Below are positions 11,893 to 22,230 of a stretch of 64,000 bases of DNA, piece after piece. The stretch is from Candidatus Omnitrophota bacterium (GTDB taxonomy: Bacteria > Omnitrophota > Omnitrophia > Omnitrophales > Aquincolibacteriaceae). The notes beneath the pieces were generated by a model. It was given only the letters and a program-made list of their open reading frames with translations, was not told the DNA's origin and searched no databases. Every line of letters starts with the position of its first letter. Position 1 is the first letter of the stretch. The stretch covers positions 25,402-89,401 of the forward strand of contig CAIOAT010000044.1 in the NCBI GenBank assembly GCA_903856085.1. Reading direction: 5' to 3'. The translations under genes were made by a program, and so were the position numbers.

Positions 11893-12581
11893 ACTGGAGT
11901 TTGCTCCCCACGATCAGTGCGCCGATGCCGCTTCAAATGGCGCTTGATGAACTTCTCTTCGAATTACAAAAAAAAGAGCCTCAAGCTCCTTGCCTTCGAT
12001 TTTATTTCTCATCCGAACCTTGGATCAGCGTCGGTTGTTCGTTCCGGGAACCCGCAGATCTTTCGAAGTCGGATCTGATCCTGAAAAATCCAAGAGCGCC
12101 GATTTGTCACCGGATCACGGGAGGAGGCTGCGTGCTTCACGGCGGGGACCTGATCTTCTCGCTGACGGCACGGATGCAATCTGATCCTGAGAGACTTGGC
12201 TCTGTTCGAACCAGTTACGCGAAGATCCATGAGAGTGTTAGAATAGGTCTCCAAAGTTGTGGTCTTGATCCGAAATTCTACAGCAACAGCCAGGAGCTTC
12301 CGAAAGGGAATGATTGTTTTGACTTTCCCGTGGAAAGCGATTTGGCTTGGAATGGAAAAAAGATCGCGGGTGGCGCGCAGAAACGTTCCGAGGGCGTGCT
12401 TTTGCACCACGAATCGATCTTAACCCCGCCGGGCATTCATCGGGAGGATATGACCCGGGAGATCCGGAAAGCAGCGGAACAAGTGTTTGGAATATCCATC
12501 CGGAATGCGGATCTCGATCCGGGGATGTATTTTCAAGCTGAAACATTTAAAAAGACGGCAGTCCCAATTTCTGTCAATTGA
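11889..12581 (+). CDS. Lipoate-protein ligase A / octanoyltransferase family protein (BPL/LPL catalytic domain)
   Basis: Catalytic lysine motif GKKIAGGAQKR as in LplA/LipB. At 230 aa it has the catalytic domain only. It is translationally coupled to the gcvPB stop. Confidence 0.65.
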   Translation: MNWSLLPTISAPMPLQMALDELLFELQKKEPQAPCLRFYFSSEPWISVGCSFREPADLSKSDLILKNPRAPICHRITGGGCVLHGGDLIFSLTARMQSDPERLGSVRTSYAKIHESVRIGLQSCGLDPKFYSNSQELPKGNDCFDFPVESDLAWNGKKIAGGAQKRSEGVLLHHESILTPPGIHREDMTREIRKAAEQVFGISIRNADLDPGMYFQAETFKKTAVPISVN

Positions 12582-12663
12582 GGCGAAGCGGGATTGGGGG
12601 GAGTTCTGAATAGCGTTGATTTAGAGAAAATGAAAGCCAGGACGGGCAGTAGCCTGTGGTTGG

Positions 12664-13047
12664 GTGGAGATTATGGAAGAATCCAGCAGTTTTCTTAAAA
12701 AAATCGAAGACATTCTTGAAAAAGACCCGAGCTATAAGTTCGAGGCCTACACGTTTGTCCTGGCAGCGCTTCATGATACCGTGAGCGGGCTCAAAAAGCC
12801 GCGGCACATCACCGGCGGGGAACTTGCGTTGGGGATACGCAAATATGCGCTCGACCAATTTGGTCCGATGGCCCTGACGGTCCTTCATCACTGGGGGATA
12901 CGCAAGACGCTTGATTTCGGGAAGATCGTTTTTGCTTTGATCGACGTCAAGCTCTTGAGTAAGCAGCCCGAGGACAAGCTCGAAGATTTTGATAAGGTCT
13001 ACGAATTCGAGGAATCCTTCGGGAAATACAAGATCGAAGATGAATAA
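12664..13047 (+). CDS. Hypothetical acidic protein (127 aa)
   Basis: Clean ORF between the lipoyl transferase and the helicase. The track start is a GTG at 12664, but a likely ATG start at 12673 is preceded by GGTGGAG. No motif was recognised. Confidence 0.4.
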   Translation: MEIMEESSSFLKKIEDILEKDPSYKFEAYTFVLAALHDTVSGLKKPRHITGGELALGIRKYALDQFGPMALTVLHHWGIRKTLDFGKIVFALIDVKLLSKQPEDKLEDFDKVYEFEESFGKYKIEDE

Positions 13048-13136
13048 TTTAAAGGAAGCCGTTCGTACGGTGTGCGGAGTGCGGCGCAAAAACGTCACGG
13101 TACATCGTACGCCACGCACCGTACAAAGATCATAAA

Positions 13137-15284
13137 ATGAAAGACCTTTTAAGCGATTTGAATCCTGCACAGCGAGAGGCTGTCTCCTGGCCTCCAGTCC
13201 GGCCGTTGCTCATTCTGGCCGGGGCCGGAAGCGGGAAGACGCGCATTCTCACGCACCGGATTGCGTATCTGATCGAGCACGGCGTGCCGGCTTTTAATAT
13301 CCTCGGCGTTACGTTCACCAACAAGGCCGCTGCCGAAATGCGTAACCGCATTGAAAAACTTGTTTCCCAGCGGGTTTGGGTGAGTACTTTTCATTCCACC
13401 TGCCTCCGTATTCTTCGCCAGGATGGGCCCGCTATCGAACTCGACCGGAATTTCATTATCTACGACGAGTACGACCAACTTCAGGTCATCAAGGAATGCA
13501 TCGCGGAACTCAAGTTGAATGAAAAGGATGTGAATCCTAAAGCCGTGCGTGAGGAGATACAGCGTTCGAAAGATTATCTTGTTTTTCCTGCCCAGTATTT
13601 GGCGAAGGCGATGGATCTTTTTGGGGATTCTGCGGGAAAGGTTTATCAGCTTTATGAAACCCGGATGAAGCGTCTGAAGGCGTGTGATTTCGGAGACCTG
13701 ATCCTGAAAACCGTGGTGCTTTTTGATAAGCATCCCAAAGTTCTCAAGACGTGGCAGGATCGCTTCCAGCATATCCTGATCGATGAGTATCAGGACACGA
13801 ATCACGCACAGTACCGTTTTGTAAAACTTTTAGCTTCCGCCAGGCGCCAGATCACCGTCGTCGGAGACCCGGACCAGTCCATTTATGGATGGCGGGGGGC
13901 GGATATCAAGAACATTCTTAATTTTGAGGCTGATTACCCGGAATCCGGTGCGATCCGCATGGAACAGAATTACCGCTCCACACCCGTGATCCTCGATGCT
14001 GCGAACCATTTGATCAAGAACAACTCGATGCGCAAGCCCAAGGCGCTTTGGACCGAGCAAAAAGGCGGTGCAAAGATCGAGCTTTTTAACGCGGACGATG
14101 AGATCTCAGAGGGCAAGTATGCGGTTGGCAATATCCTGAAATATAAAACTCAGGGCCGCAGTTTTGCGGATCAGGTGATCTTTTACCGTGTTCACGCTCA
14201 GTCGCGTGTGATGGAAGAAGCTTTGATGCGTGCGAATATTCCCTACAAGATCGTGGGCGGGACGCGTTTCTACGACCGTAAGGAGATCAAGGATGTCATC
14301 GCCTATCTCCGGATCGTGGCATACCCTCATGATGAGATCAGCCTGAAGCGCGTGATCAATGTTCCGCCGCGAGGGATTGGGAAAAAGGCGATGGAAACAT
14401 TGGAAGCTGAAGCTCTCGGAAAGACCTGGGAAGAGGCGCTCCAAAATCTTTCGAATATCCAGGGATTGACCCCCAAGGTTCAAAAATCCCTTGGTGCCTT
14501 CTACGCGTGGCTTTCGAAACTCCGGAAAAAGCAGTGCGAGATGACGATCCATGAGATCCTCGAGAGGATCCTGGAGGATACGGGTTATGTGACGGCGCTC
14601 GAGGCTGAACGTACCCCGGAGGCTCAGGCTCGACTCGAGAATATCGAGGAGTTCTACAGCGTGATCGAGGACTTCATCGATAGAGCCGAGGACAGTCCTT
14701 CGACCACAGACCATAGAAAGCCAACGCTTCAAACGGAGTACGGCGTACGAAGTGCGGCGCAAGAGTCTCAAGATGCTTCGGATGCTGCGCGCGATTCCGT
14801 ACTTATGGGGTTTCTTGATTCCATTGAATTGGTGACGGATCTTGATGCATGGGACCAGGGGACGAATGTGCTGACGCTTATGACGCTTCATACGGCTAAG
14901 GGACTGGAATTTCCGATCGTTTTCATGGTTGGATTGGAAGAGGGGATATTTCCGCATGTGAATTCCTTTGTGGGGCCCTCCGACGAGATCGAGGAAGAGC
15001 GGCGGCTTTGTTATGTCGGTATCACGCGCGCGCGGGAAAAACTGCATCTTTCCTACGCCACCCAGCGGCGTATGTATGGGGCGACGCATCACAATCTTCC
15101 GTCGCGTTTTCTGACTGAAATTCCCGCCGGTCTCTATGATGTCCGCGCCATGCATTCCGCGGGCGGTTATCGGGATGAAGACGAAGACCAGTCACGGGAC
15201 GACCTTTCCATTCACGATCCGGACCCCGTCATCGAATTCGATGAGGACCCTCCGACCGCATCCTCCGGCCGCTATTCCCGTTGA
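13137..15284 (+). CDS. uvrD: ATP-dependent DNA helicase UvrD/PcrA (SF1)
   Basis: Walker A GAGSGKT and motifs DEYQDTN, VVGDPDQSIY, YRST. It is 715 aa with an acidic linker insertion. Confidence 0.9.
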   Translation: MKDLLSDLNPAQREAVSWPPVRPLLILAGAGSGKTRILTHRIAYLIEHGVPAFNILGVTFTNKAAAEMRNRIEKLVSQRVWVSTFHSTCLRILRQDGPAIELDRNFIIYDEYDQLQVIKECIAELKLNEKDVNPKAVREEIQRSKDYLVFPAQYLAKAMDLFGDSAGKVYQLYETRMKRLKACDFGDLILKTVVLFDKHPKVLKTWQDRFQHILIDEYQDTNHAQYRFVKLLASARRQITVVGDPDQSIYGWRGADIKNILNFEADYPESGAIRMEQNYRSTPVILDAANHLIKNNSMRKPKALWTEQKGGAKIELFNADDEISEGKYAVGNILKYKTQGRSFADQVIFYRVHAQSRVMEEALMRANIPYKIVGGTRFYDRKEIKDVIAYLRIVAYPHDEISLKRVINVPPRGIGKKAMETLEAEALGKTWEEALQNLSNIQGLTPKVQKSLGAFYAWLSKLRKKQCEMTIHEILERILEDTGYVTALEAERTPEAQARLENIEEFYSVIEDFIDRAEDSPSTTDHRKPTLQTEYGVRSAAQESQDASDAARDSVLMGFLDSIELVTDLDAWDQGTNVLTLMTLHTAKGLEFPIVFMVGLEEGIFPHVNSFVGPSDEIEEERRLCYVGITRAREKLHLSYATQRRMYGATHHNLPSRFLTEIPAGLYDVRAMHSAGGYRDEDEDQSRDDLSIHDPDPVIEFDEDPPTASSGRYSR

Positions 15285-15335
15285 TTTCAGGTCCTTCGGG
15301 TTCTAGGTGGCAAAAAGCTGTTCCCAATAGAGAGT

Positions 15336-16169
15336 TTGGCCGCTAAAATGCCCGCAATGAAGATTCACAAAGAGAAGGCACTCAGCTTCTGGGCAGAGCT
15401 TTTTTATTCCCTTGTCATGTGGGGCGGTACTATCTTCCTGACGATCCTTGCTTCGACTTTGGATATTGTCATCATTTTCCCGTTATCCCTTCTCTTTGAC
15501 CGGGGGACACGGCGGATGGTCCATCAGAACTCGATCTGGTGGGCACGGTCGATCATCGGGTTTAGTCCTATCTGGCGCATTCTCGTGACCGGCCGCGAGC
15601 ATCTTCAAAAAGGGAAGCATTACATTATTGTTGCTAATCATCAAAGCCTTCTGGATATTCTGGCAGTCTGTGCTGCGCTGCCGATCAATTTTAAATTCCT
15701 GGCCAAACGCGAACTTTTTCAAATCCCGCTCATGGGTTGGGGGATGGCGTCTGCAGGCTATATTCCAGTCGATCGTGCGAGTCACAGGAGCGGTCGGGAA
15801 GCCATGCAGCGGATCACCCGGGTTCTGAACATGGGTGTGAGCGTCCTTCTTTTTCCAGAAGGGACGCGTAGCCCGGACGGGAAGATCCATGCGTTCAAGA
15901 TGGGGGCTTTCAAGCTCGCGCGTGAAAATAGAGTTGAGATTCTTCCGGTCGTGGTTGATGGAACCGGGCAGGCGCTTCCGAAGAATTCGTGGCTTATCAA
16001 AAAGAAGAGCGCCTTCATCGTCTCGATTGGAAAGCCGGTATCGCTTGAAGATTTCGCGGATAGCTCCATGGATGAAGCCAAAGAAAAGATTCGCCACGAG
16101 ATGATCGGGCGCTTGGAGCATATAAGACACGGATCGGTTCAGAAAGAAAAAGTTGTCGGAAACGGGTAA
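15336..16169 (+). CDS. plsC: 1-acyl-sn-glycerol-3-phosphate acyltransferase
   Basis: HX4D motif (NHQSLLDIL) and FPEGTRS motif; N-terminal TM helices. Confidence 0.85.
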   Translation: MAAKMPAMKIHKEKALSFWAELFYSLVMWGGTIFLTILASTLDIVIIFPLSLLFDRGTRRMVHQNSIWWARSIIGFSPIWRILVTGREHLQKGKHYIIVANHQSLLDILAVCAALPINFKFLAKRELFQIPLMGWGMASAGYIPVDRASHRSGREAMQRITRVLNMGVSVLLFPEGTRSPDGKIHAFKMGAFKLARENRVEILPVVVDGTGQALPKNSWLIKKKSAFIVSIGKPVSLEDFADSSMDEAKEKIRHEMIGRLEHIRHGSVQKEKVVGNG

Positions 16170-16226
16170 CGGAAAATCTTTTTTCGTTGTGCGTTCCTCG
16201 CAAGCATTTCCCAGAGGATTTCCATT

Positions 16227-16964
16227 ATGAAAATACTAACATTAAATACCTGGCAGGAGCGCGGCCCGTGGCGTGAACGGTGGGAGCTTATCTTTCGCGG
16301 ACTCAAGGTTTATGACGCTGATATTGTCGGGTTTCAAGAAGTTTTTAACATGGAATGGGCCGAGGAGATCCAGAAGCGGAGCGGATATCCCTACCTTGCG
16401 GTCAGCGGCGAGCATTCAGGCCTGATATTCCTTTCGAAATTCAAACCCGTTGAACAAGAGTGCCTGGTAATGAAGGCCAAGTCGGCGACGGAGGATTATC
16501 TCCGCTATGTTTTTTATATCAGGGTCGATAGGGACGGGGAGGAGATCGCATTTTTTAACACGCATCTTTCGTGGCGGGCGGATGAGAACGATGTTCGCAT
16601 GAAGCAGACGCTGGAACTTGAGGTGTTCGTGAATCAAAAGATGGGCGACTTTCCTGCGGCGGTCATGGGGGATTTCAACGGTGCCGCTAACACACCGCCG
16701 GTGGTCTACCTCCGGGAGATCCGCAAGTGGATCGATACGTTTTGGGCCAAAAATCCTGGAGATTTTGGGCTCACCTGGGATTATCGGAATCCTTATGCGG
16801 AAGCGGAGCGAGAGAAAATGGCTGAACGGCGCATCGATTATATTTTTATTCGTGAGAAAATCGGGGCCTTTGCAAAGATAGGAGCCTCACGCGTGGTGTT
16901 TAACGAACCGTCCCCTGAAGGCGTCTGGCCGTCGGATCATTTTGGGGTGATGACGCAATTTTAA
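16227..16964 (+). CDS. Endonuclease/exonuclease/phosphatase (EEP) family protein
   Basis: N-terminal LTLNTW...GFQEV and C-terminal SDHFGV, matching conserved EEP catalytic motifs. Confidence 0.7.
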   Translation: MKILTLNTWQERGPWRERWELIFRGLKVYDADIVGFQEVFNMEWAEEIQKRSGYPYLAVSGEHSGLIFLSKFKPVEQECLVMKAKSATEDYLRYVFYIRVDRDGEEIAFFNTHLSWRADENDVRMKQTLELEVFVNQKMGDFPAAVMGDFNGAANTPPVVYLREIRKWIDTFWAKNPGDFGLTWDYRNPYAEAEREKMAERRIDYIFIREKIGAFAKIGASRVVFNEPSPEGVWPSDHFGVMTQF

Positions 16965-16970
16965 GGTGGG

Positions 16971-18095
16971 ATGAGAACTATGGCCGATAAAGAGAAAGCA
17001 AAGGAATACCAGGAAATAAGACGAAAGCTGACGCTTTTCCAGCTTATCTTGACGCCTGCACTTCTCGGGATCCTGATTGCAAGCGGATGGACTTTTGGGA
17101 TGCGCCAGAATGCCGTTGCTTTTGCCGGGGGAAGTGACTGGGGCGTTGTGGCGGTCTATTTTATTCTGTTCTCACTCTTTTTTCTGGTTTTTGACCTGCC
17201 ACTTTCATTCTATTCGGGATTTTTTCTTGAGCATCAGTTCGGCCTCTCGAATCAAAATTTTAGCCAGTGGCTTATGGAACTCCTGAAGAAAACGCTTCTT
17301 TCGTTCGCGCTGTCGTTAGGGCTTCTAGAATGCCTTTACTGGATCATCCGTGTCGACCCTGCGCATTGGTGGTTTTGGTCGTGGGCGGCCTACGCTTTCG
17401 TGAGTTATATCCTCGGGAAGGTCTTTCCTGTCGTGATCGTGCCGCTCTTTTATAAGTATGGTAGGCTTGAAGATAAAGAGTTAGAGACGAAGGTCCTGAA
17501 GCTTGCCTCGCGGTTTGAAATGCCGGTCGGGAACGTCTATGCGCTCAATTTGAGCAAGACGACCAAAAAGGCGAACGCGGCATTCATGGGGATTGGGAGG
17601 ACCAAACGAGTGGTTCTAAGCGATACATTGATTGAAAACTTTACACACGTCGAGGTGGAGGTGGTCGTAGCTCATGAGCTGGGGCACTACAAGCACCACG
17701 ATGTTTGGCGGCTTCTGTCGTTTGGCCTCGTGGCTTCGCTCATCGCGTTTGCCACTGGATTTTTTGGAATGAATGCACTTGCGTCGGCGTTGTTGCTTGG
17801 TTCTACAGCCGATGTGGCCGGTTTGCCGTTGCTTTTTCTGATCTTCTATGTTGTCAACCTTATCCTGATGCCGCTCATGAATGGTTATTCCAGGCGTCGC
17901 GAGTGGGCGGCGGATATTTTTGCATTGAAGGCGCTCGAAACCCCGGAAACTTTTATTTCGTGTATGGAAAAACTTGGCGAGCAGAACCTCGCGGACCCGG
18001 AGCCGCCGGCATGGTATGAGTGGTTCTTTTACGACCACCCGTCGATCGTTAAGCGGATTGAAATGGCAAAAAATTGGAAAACGGATATCGGATGA
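16971..18095 (+). CDS. M48 family zinc metallopeptidase (Ste24/HtpX-like)
   Basis: HELGHYKHHD HExxH motif with multiple TM helices and a C-terminal EW...ADI motif. Confidence 0.8.
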   Translation: MRTMADKEKAKEYQEIRRKLTLFQLILTPALLGILIASGWTFGMRQNAVAFAGGSDWGVVAVYFILFSLFFLVFDLPLSFYSGFFLEHQFGLSNQNFSQWLMELLKKTLLSFALSLGLLECLYWIIRVDPAHWWFWSWAAYAFVSYILGKVFPVVIVPLFYKYGRLEDKELETKVLKLASRFEMPVGNVYALNLSKTTKKANAAFMGIGRTKRVVLSDTLIENFTHVEVEVVVAHELGHYKHHDVWRLLSFGLVASLIAFATGFFGMNALASALLLGSTADVAGLPLLFLIFYVVNLILMPLMNGYSRRREWAADIFALKALETPETFISCMEKLGEQNLADPEPPAWYEWFFYDHPSIVKRIEMAKNWKTDIG

Positions 18096-19273
18096 TGGCG
18101 GATGTATTGAAGCTGGATCGTACAAAACCAAAAACAAAAGTTTTGTCGTCGTCCTGCACTCTGTGTTCTGCAGCCTTTGGCCTTCTTTTCCTGGCTTTAT
18201 GTTTTTTGTTTAGCGTTAGTGCCTACGCAGCGGTCAACGATGATGATCGCGGCAAAGAGGCTGTCGAACGCCGGCAAAAGATCGATATCGAAAGGTTCTA
18301 CGCAGGGAACGGCGGGAGTGTCCCGATGACGCCTATGGCAATCGAGCTTTACAACGACGCGGTCAAGTTCTTCGAGAAGAGTGAATTCGAGCTCGCTCGT
18401 GACGCGCTCCATGAATCGCTCTCGCTGGAACCCCGCAATGCTTTGGCCCTGGAACTTTTGGGCGAGATTGAAAATCTCCAGCAGAATTTCAAGGGGGCTG
18501 AAAATTATTATAAACAAAGCTATCTCGTAAACCCTTCGCCGCGCGTGCGTCAGAAGATCGAACAACTCCAAAAAGAGAATTCCGTCGAAAAAAATCTGGA
18601 TACTGACGACGAAGAGCACTTCATTATTAAGTACCGGAAGGGTGAACAGGGCTACGAAGGCTATTGGCTGAAGAATCTCTTGAGGGAAGCGTATCGCCAG
18701 ATTTCGCAGGATTTTGGGTCTTATTTTAATCATAAGACGGCAGTGCTTTTTTATAGCGGTAATGAGTTCCACGATGTGACGGGGCAGTCCCTGTGGATCG
18801 GCGGGCTCTATGACGGAAAAATACGGCTTCCGGCCTATCACCAGGGTTTTAGAGAGCTTGACCTGCGTGCGGCTGCGGTTCACGAAATGACGCATGCGTT
18901 CGTAGCTTTCCTGAGCGGCATGCGCGCTCCGGCCTGGATTCACGAAGGCTTGGCCGAATATGAACAGAATAAGGTCCAGCCGGTGGACACGGCTGTTTTC
19001 GCCGAGGCCGTTCGGACGAAAGCGCTCATGCCGATGAGCCGGTTACTTTCCGAGAATTTGCAAATAGACAAGATGGATCCTCTGGAGGTCGCGCTTTTTT
19101 ATCAAGAGGTTTTTGCACTTGTCAGCTATATGGTTGAGCGTTTTCAGATGTATCGTATGAAAGAAATCCTTTTGAAGTTCAAGGAAGGGAAACCCGCGGA
19201 ACAGGCGATCGAGGAAGAGCTTGGAATCTCAACCTCACAATTGGAGAATGAATGGCTCGCCACGATAAAATAA
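18074..19273 (+). CDS. TPR-repeat protein fused to a gluzincin-like (HExxH...E) putative peptidase domain
   Basis: Signal/TM segment, TPR-like helices, then HEMTHAF followed by HEGLAEYE about 25 aa later. The true start is probably the ATG at about 18092, since 18074 overlaps the upstream gene. Confidence 0.55.
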   Translation: MENGYRMMADVLKLDRTKPKTKVLSSSCTLCSAAFGLLFLALCFLFSVSAYAAVNDDDRGKEAVERRQKIDIERFYAGNGGSVPMTPMAIELYNDAVKFFEKSEFELARDALHESLSLEPRNALALELLGEIENLQQNFKGAENYYKQSYLVNPSPRVRQKIEQLQKENSVEKNLDTDDEEHFIIKYRKGEQGYEGYWLKNLLREAYRQISQDFGSYFNHKTAVLFYSGNEFHDVTGQSLWIGGLYDGKIRLPAYHQGFRELDLRAAAVHEMTHAFVAFLSGMRAPAWIHEGLAEYEQNKVQPVDTAVFAEAVRTKALMPMSRLLSENLQIDKMDPLEVALFYQEVFALVSYMVERFQMYRMKEILLKFKEGKPAEQAIEEELGISTSQLENEWLATIK

Positions 19274-20274
19274 AAACCCCGGCAAGGACGGGTCGATCCT
19301 CCACGCGCCAGGTGTGTGGAATACTTTCTCGGGGTGTGAAAGCGGTGAGGGATATCAGGACGGCCGGGCCGTTTTGTTATCGGTACCGGTTGGACGACGC
19401 GGAGCTTCTGGTGTCAGTTAAGGCGCTCGGGGTTCTGATGCCTGTCGTTGTGACGAATGACGAGCGTCCTGTCGTGATTGCGGGCCACAAACGCTTCCAT
19501 GCGGCACAGGTCTTGAAGATGAAGGAAATTCCTGTGCTTGTGACAGCGGAAATGGAGTCGAAAGACGCATTTCTTTTGAATCTCGTTTCTAACTGGAAAC
19601 AAGGAGTCTCCGACATGGACCGGGCCCGGGCGATTGGGATGGCGGTTCGGGAATTCCATTTTAAAGAGAAGGAACTTTTTTCGATGGTGATGCCCCTTCT
19701 CGGGCTTTCGGAAGATAAGGCTGTGCTGGAGTTTTACCAAAAGGCCGATCAATTTCCACGGTCGTTCAAGGACCTTGTGGAAGACGGGCAGTTACCCCTC
19801 CGAGGGGTCCCGTCTTTTTTAAAATTTTCGGGGGATGACCAGGATTATTTCGCCAAAAATATCGGGATGAAAGTGAAATTGACAAGTTCTCAGCTGCTTC
19901 AGGCCGGAGAATGGCTGTTGGATCTCATGAAGGGGACGGGGAAATGCCTCCGGGAGCTTTGCAAGGAGCATGGGATCCTTGCGAAGTTGGACATGCGCGG
20001 CATGGACCCGCGCACTAAGGCGGATCGGTTCTTTGCTCGCGTCAAGCGGTTGCGTTTTCCGGGATATTCGCTTTATCTCGAAGCATTCGAAGAGCGACGG
20101 GCGGATATCCTTCGCGATGCCAAAGAGCTCCGGCTGGAGCCTGTCCAGGGGTTTGAAGAGCCCGGATTTGAACTCCACGCGCGTGTGAAAAGCCCGGGGG
20201 AACTCGATCGACTTCTCCAGAAACTTTCGGTGAAGCGTTCTTCACTTAACTCGTTGTTTGAAATTGTGTTGTGA
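19252..20274 (+). CDS. ParB/Sulfiredoxin-like N-terminal domain protein (orphan, no ParA partner)
   Basis: LLVSVKALGVLMPVVV...VVIAGHKRFHAAQ resembles the ParB-N box (GERRWRAA). Confidence 0.5.
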   Translation: MARHDKIKTPARTGRSSTRQVCGILSRGVKAVRDIRTAGPFCYRYRLDDAELLVSVKALGVLMPVVVTNDERPVVIAGHKRFHAAQVLKMKEIPVLVTAEMESKDAFLLNLVSNWKQGVSDMDRARAIGMAVREFHFKEKELFSMVMPLLGLSEDKAVLEFYQKADQFPRSFKDLVEDGQLPLRGVPSFLKFSGDDQDYFAKNIGMKVKLTSSQLLQAGEWLLDLMKGTGKCLRELCKEHGILAKLDMRGMDPRTKADRFFARVKRLRFPGYSLYLEAFEERRADILRDAKELRLEPVQGFEEPGFELHARVKSPGELDRLLQKLSVKRSSLNSLFEIVL

Positions 20275-20307
20275 TTCCTATACAATACCCGCTTCAGTGA
20301 CCCTTAT

Positions 20308-22230
20308 ATGAGAAAAATCCTTTTAGCGACAATCATCCTTTGGGGCGTTATGGCCCCATCCCTCCAGGCCGAGGAAGTTCGTGTGTCTGCCAGCCTGAAC
20401 AAGCGTGTAGTGCAGGTGGGAGAAGAGGTGCGTCTTAATATCCGGATTTCCGGGGCAAACACAAACCTTCAGGCGCCACGTCTCGCGCAGCTCGCGGGCG
20501 TTGAAGCTTACTACACCGGTCGCGCTTCGCATATCGCGTTCGTTAACGGGGTTTCTTCCTCAAATGTTGAATTTAACTACACGTTGATTCCACGGGCGAT
20601 CGGTCATTTTACGCTGAATCCCATTGACGTGCAGGTGGGACAGAGTGTGTTCCAGACGGAAGCGCTTGAGATCGAAGTATCGGGAGGCCAAAGCCAGGCG
20701 GTGGGGTCCCAGTCCCAGGGGCCAGCACAGCGTGTTCCGTCGCAGTCCCAGATGCCACCCTCGGTGCCCCAGGCCGTTCCCCAGGATCAGGTTTTTTCGG
20801 CGTCTCCTGGCACGGATGACAATATTTTTGTCCAGGCGGTGGTCGACCGAAAGACGCTCTACCAAAACGAGCAGATGCTTCTAACCTATTCGCTTTACAC
20901 TCGTTATGACACGCGCTATGAGGGATTCGACAAAGAGCCCGAAACAAGCGGGTTCTGGATTGAGGAATTTCCGATGGTGGACCGGGATGTTCCTCGTGAG
21001 ACGGTTCGCATGAACGGCAAGCGCTACGTCAAGGCGGATGTGAAAAAGCTAGCACTTTTCCCGACCGCTCCCGGTAATTACACGATCCAACCCGGGACTC
21101 TCAAGGTCTCGATCCGCGAGGAACCGCAAGGGTCGAATGCTTTCGATGAATTTTTTAGCGATAGTTTTTTTACGGGGGGTGCTTTTTTCGCGCGGAGACA
21201 GAATCGTTTGCTCGTGCCTCCTCCGATTCAGCTTGTCGTGAAGCCGTTGCCCGAGAATGGAAAACCGGCAAGCTTCCAGGGTGCGGTGGGGGCCTTCCGT
21301 CTTTCGGCGACGATCGATAAAGATAAAGTGAAACAGAATGAGCCTGTGACGCTCAAAATGGTTATCGAGGGCGAAGGGAATATCGAGACGATTACGCGGC
21401 CGAAGGTTCCGGTGCTTACGGGTTTTAAGACCTATGATGCGGACACTAATTCCAAACTTTTTCAGGCCGAGAATGTGATTGGGGGCACGAAGAGTTTCGA
21501 GATTGTTTTTATTCCCAAGGAGGAGGGGAGTTCTTTTGTTCCCCCGATCGAGTTCAGCTTCTTTGACCCCCGTCAGGAAAAGTATGTGACCTTGAAAACT
21601 CCGAATTTTCCGATACAGGTGGAGCATTCAGATCAGAATTTCCAGATGCCACAGGAGCTTGCTGGAAATGCCATTTTTCAAAAACAGGTAAAGTCGGAAG
21701 GGAAAGACATCCGTTATATCGACGAAAAAGTTCCCGAAGCCTTTTCGGCTCACGCTGTGGATTGGATCTATACGATCCTTCTATGGGGTGACCTGCTCCT
21801 CTTGGCGTTCCTGCTGCTACTTTGGATGAAGGACCGCCAGGACCGTCTTTTTTCAAAAGACCAGGCGCTGCGGCGGCGGAAGACGGCTCGAGGGGCGGCG
21901 TCGGCCAACATGAATAGACTTAAAAAACTTGCGCATTCCTCAAAAGAAGAGGATGACGTGGCCTTTTTCGTGGAGCTTGAAAAGGCCATGATCCAGTATC
22001 TCGCGGACAAATGGAATCTTTCGACCTACGGGGTGACACGACAGGACTTGGAAGAGACTCTCACAGCGCATTTCGGCGCGGAGGACGCACATCTGAAAGA
22101 CGTATTTGAGCTTTACCGGCTTTGTGATGAATCTCGTTTTGGTAAAGGTTCGGTCCCTCAGGCGTCAAAAAAAATCGGGCTCAAGATCTTTCAAGATACT
22201 GTGAACAGGATCGAGAGGATGCGAAAATGA
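20308..22230 (+). CDS. BatD-like (aerotolerance operon) membrane-anchored periplasmic protein
   Basis: Signal peptide MRKILLATIILWGVMAPSLQA, a large beta-rich ectodomain, a single C-terminal TM (ILLWGDLLLLAFLLLLW) and a ~130-aa cytoplasmic tail. It is followed by a BatE-like gene. Confidence 0.5.
   Translation: MRKILLATIILWGVMAPSLQAEEVRVSASLNKRVVQVGEEVRLNIRISGANTNLQAPRLAQLAGVEAYYTGRASHIAFVNGVSSSNVEFNYTLIPRAIGHFTLNPIDVQVGQSVFQTEALEIEVSGGQSQAVGSQSQGPAQRVPSQSQMPPSVPQAVPQDQVFSASPGTDDNIFVQAVVDRKTLYQNEQMLLTYSLYTRYDTRYEGFDKEPETSGFWIEEFPMVDRDVPRETVRMNGKRYVKADVKKLALFPTAPGNYTIQPGTLKVSIREEPQGSNAFDEFFSDSFFTGGAFFARRQNRLLVPPPIQLVVKPLPENGKPASFQGAVGAFRLSATIDKDKVKQNEPVTLKMVIEGEGNIETITRPKVPVLTGFKTYDADTNSKLFQAENVIGGTKSFEIVFIPKEEGSSFVPPIEFSFFDPRQEKYVTLKTPNFPIQVEHSDQNFQMPQELAGNAIFQKQVKSEGKDIRYIDEKVPEAFSAHAVDWIYTILLWGDLLLLAFLLLLWMKDRQDRLFSKDQALRRRKTARGAASANMNRLKKLAHSSKEEDDVAFFVELEKAMIQYLADKWNLSTYGVTRQDLEETLTAHFGAEDAHLKDVFELYRLCDESRFGKGSVPQASKKIGLKIFQDTVNRIERMRK

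Noticed and set aside
13065-13089. 22/25-nt match between the intergenic region upstream of uvrD (GTACGGTGTGCGGAGTGCGGCGCAA) and a site inside uvrD at 14738-14762 (GTACGGCGTACGAAGTGCGGCGCAA).
   Set aside because: A single short imperfect match has a chance expectation of roughly 0.1 per window of this size and GC content. It has no flanking structure or terminal repeats, and the internal copy is in frame within a low-complexity UvrD linker. It is recorded only in case a genome-wide search shows it to be a dispersed motif.
12574-13170. 198-aa minus-strand ORF spanning the hypothetical gene 12664-13047 and the uvrD start.
   Set aside because: It overlaps the uvrD start and the lipoyl-transferase end. 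The plus-strand 127-aa ORF fits the intergenic space exactly and has an RBS. The minus ORF is probably an antisense artefact.
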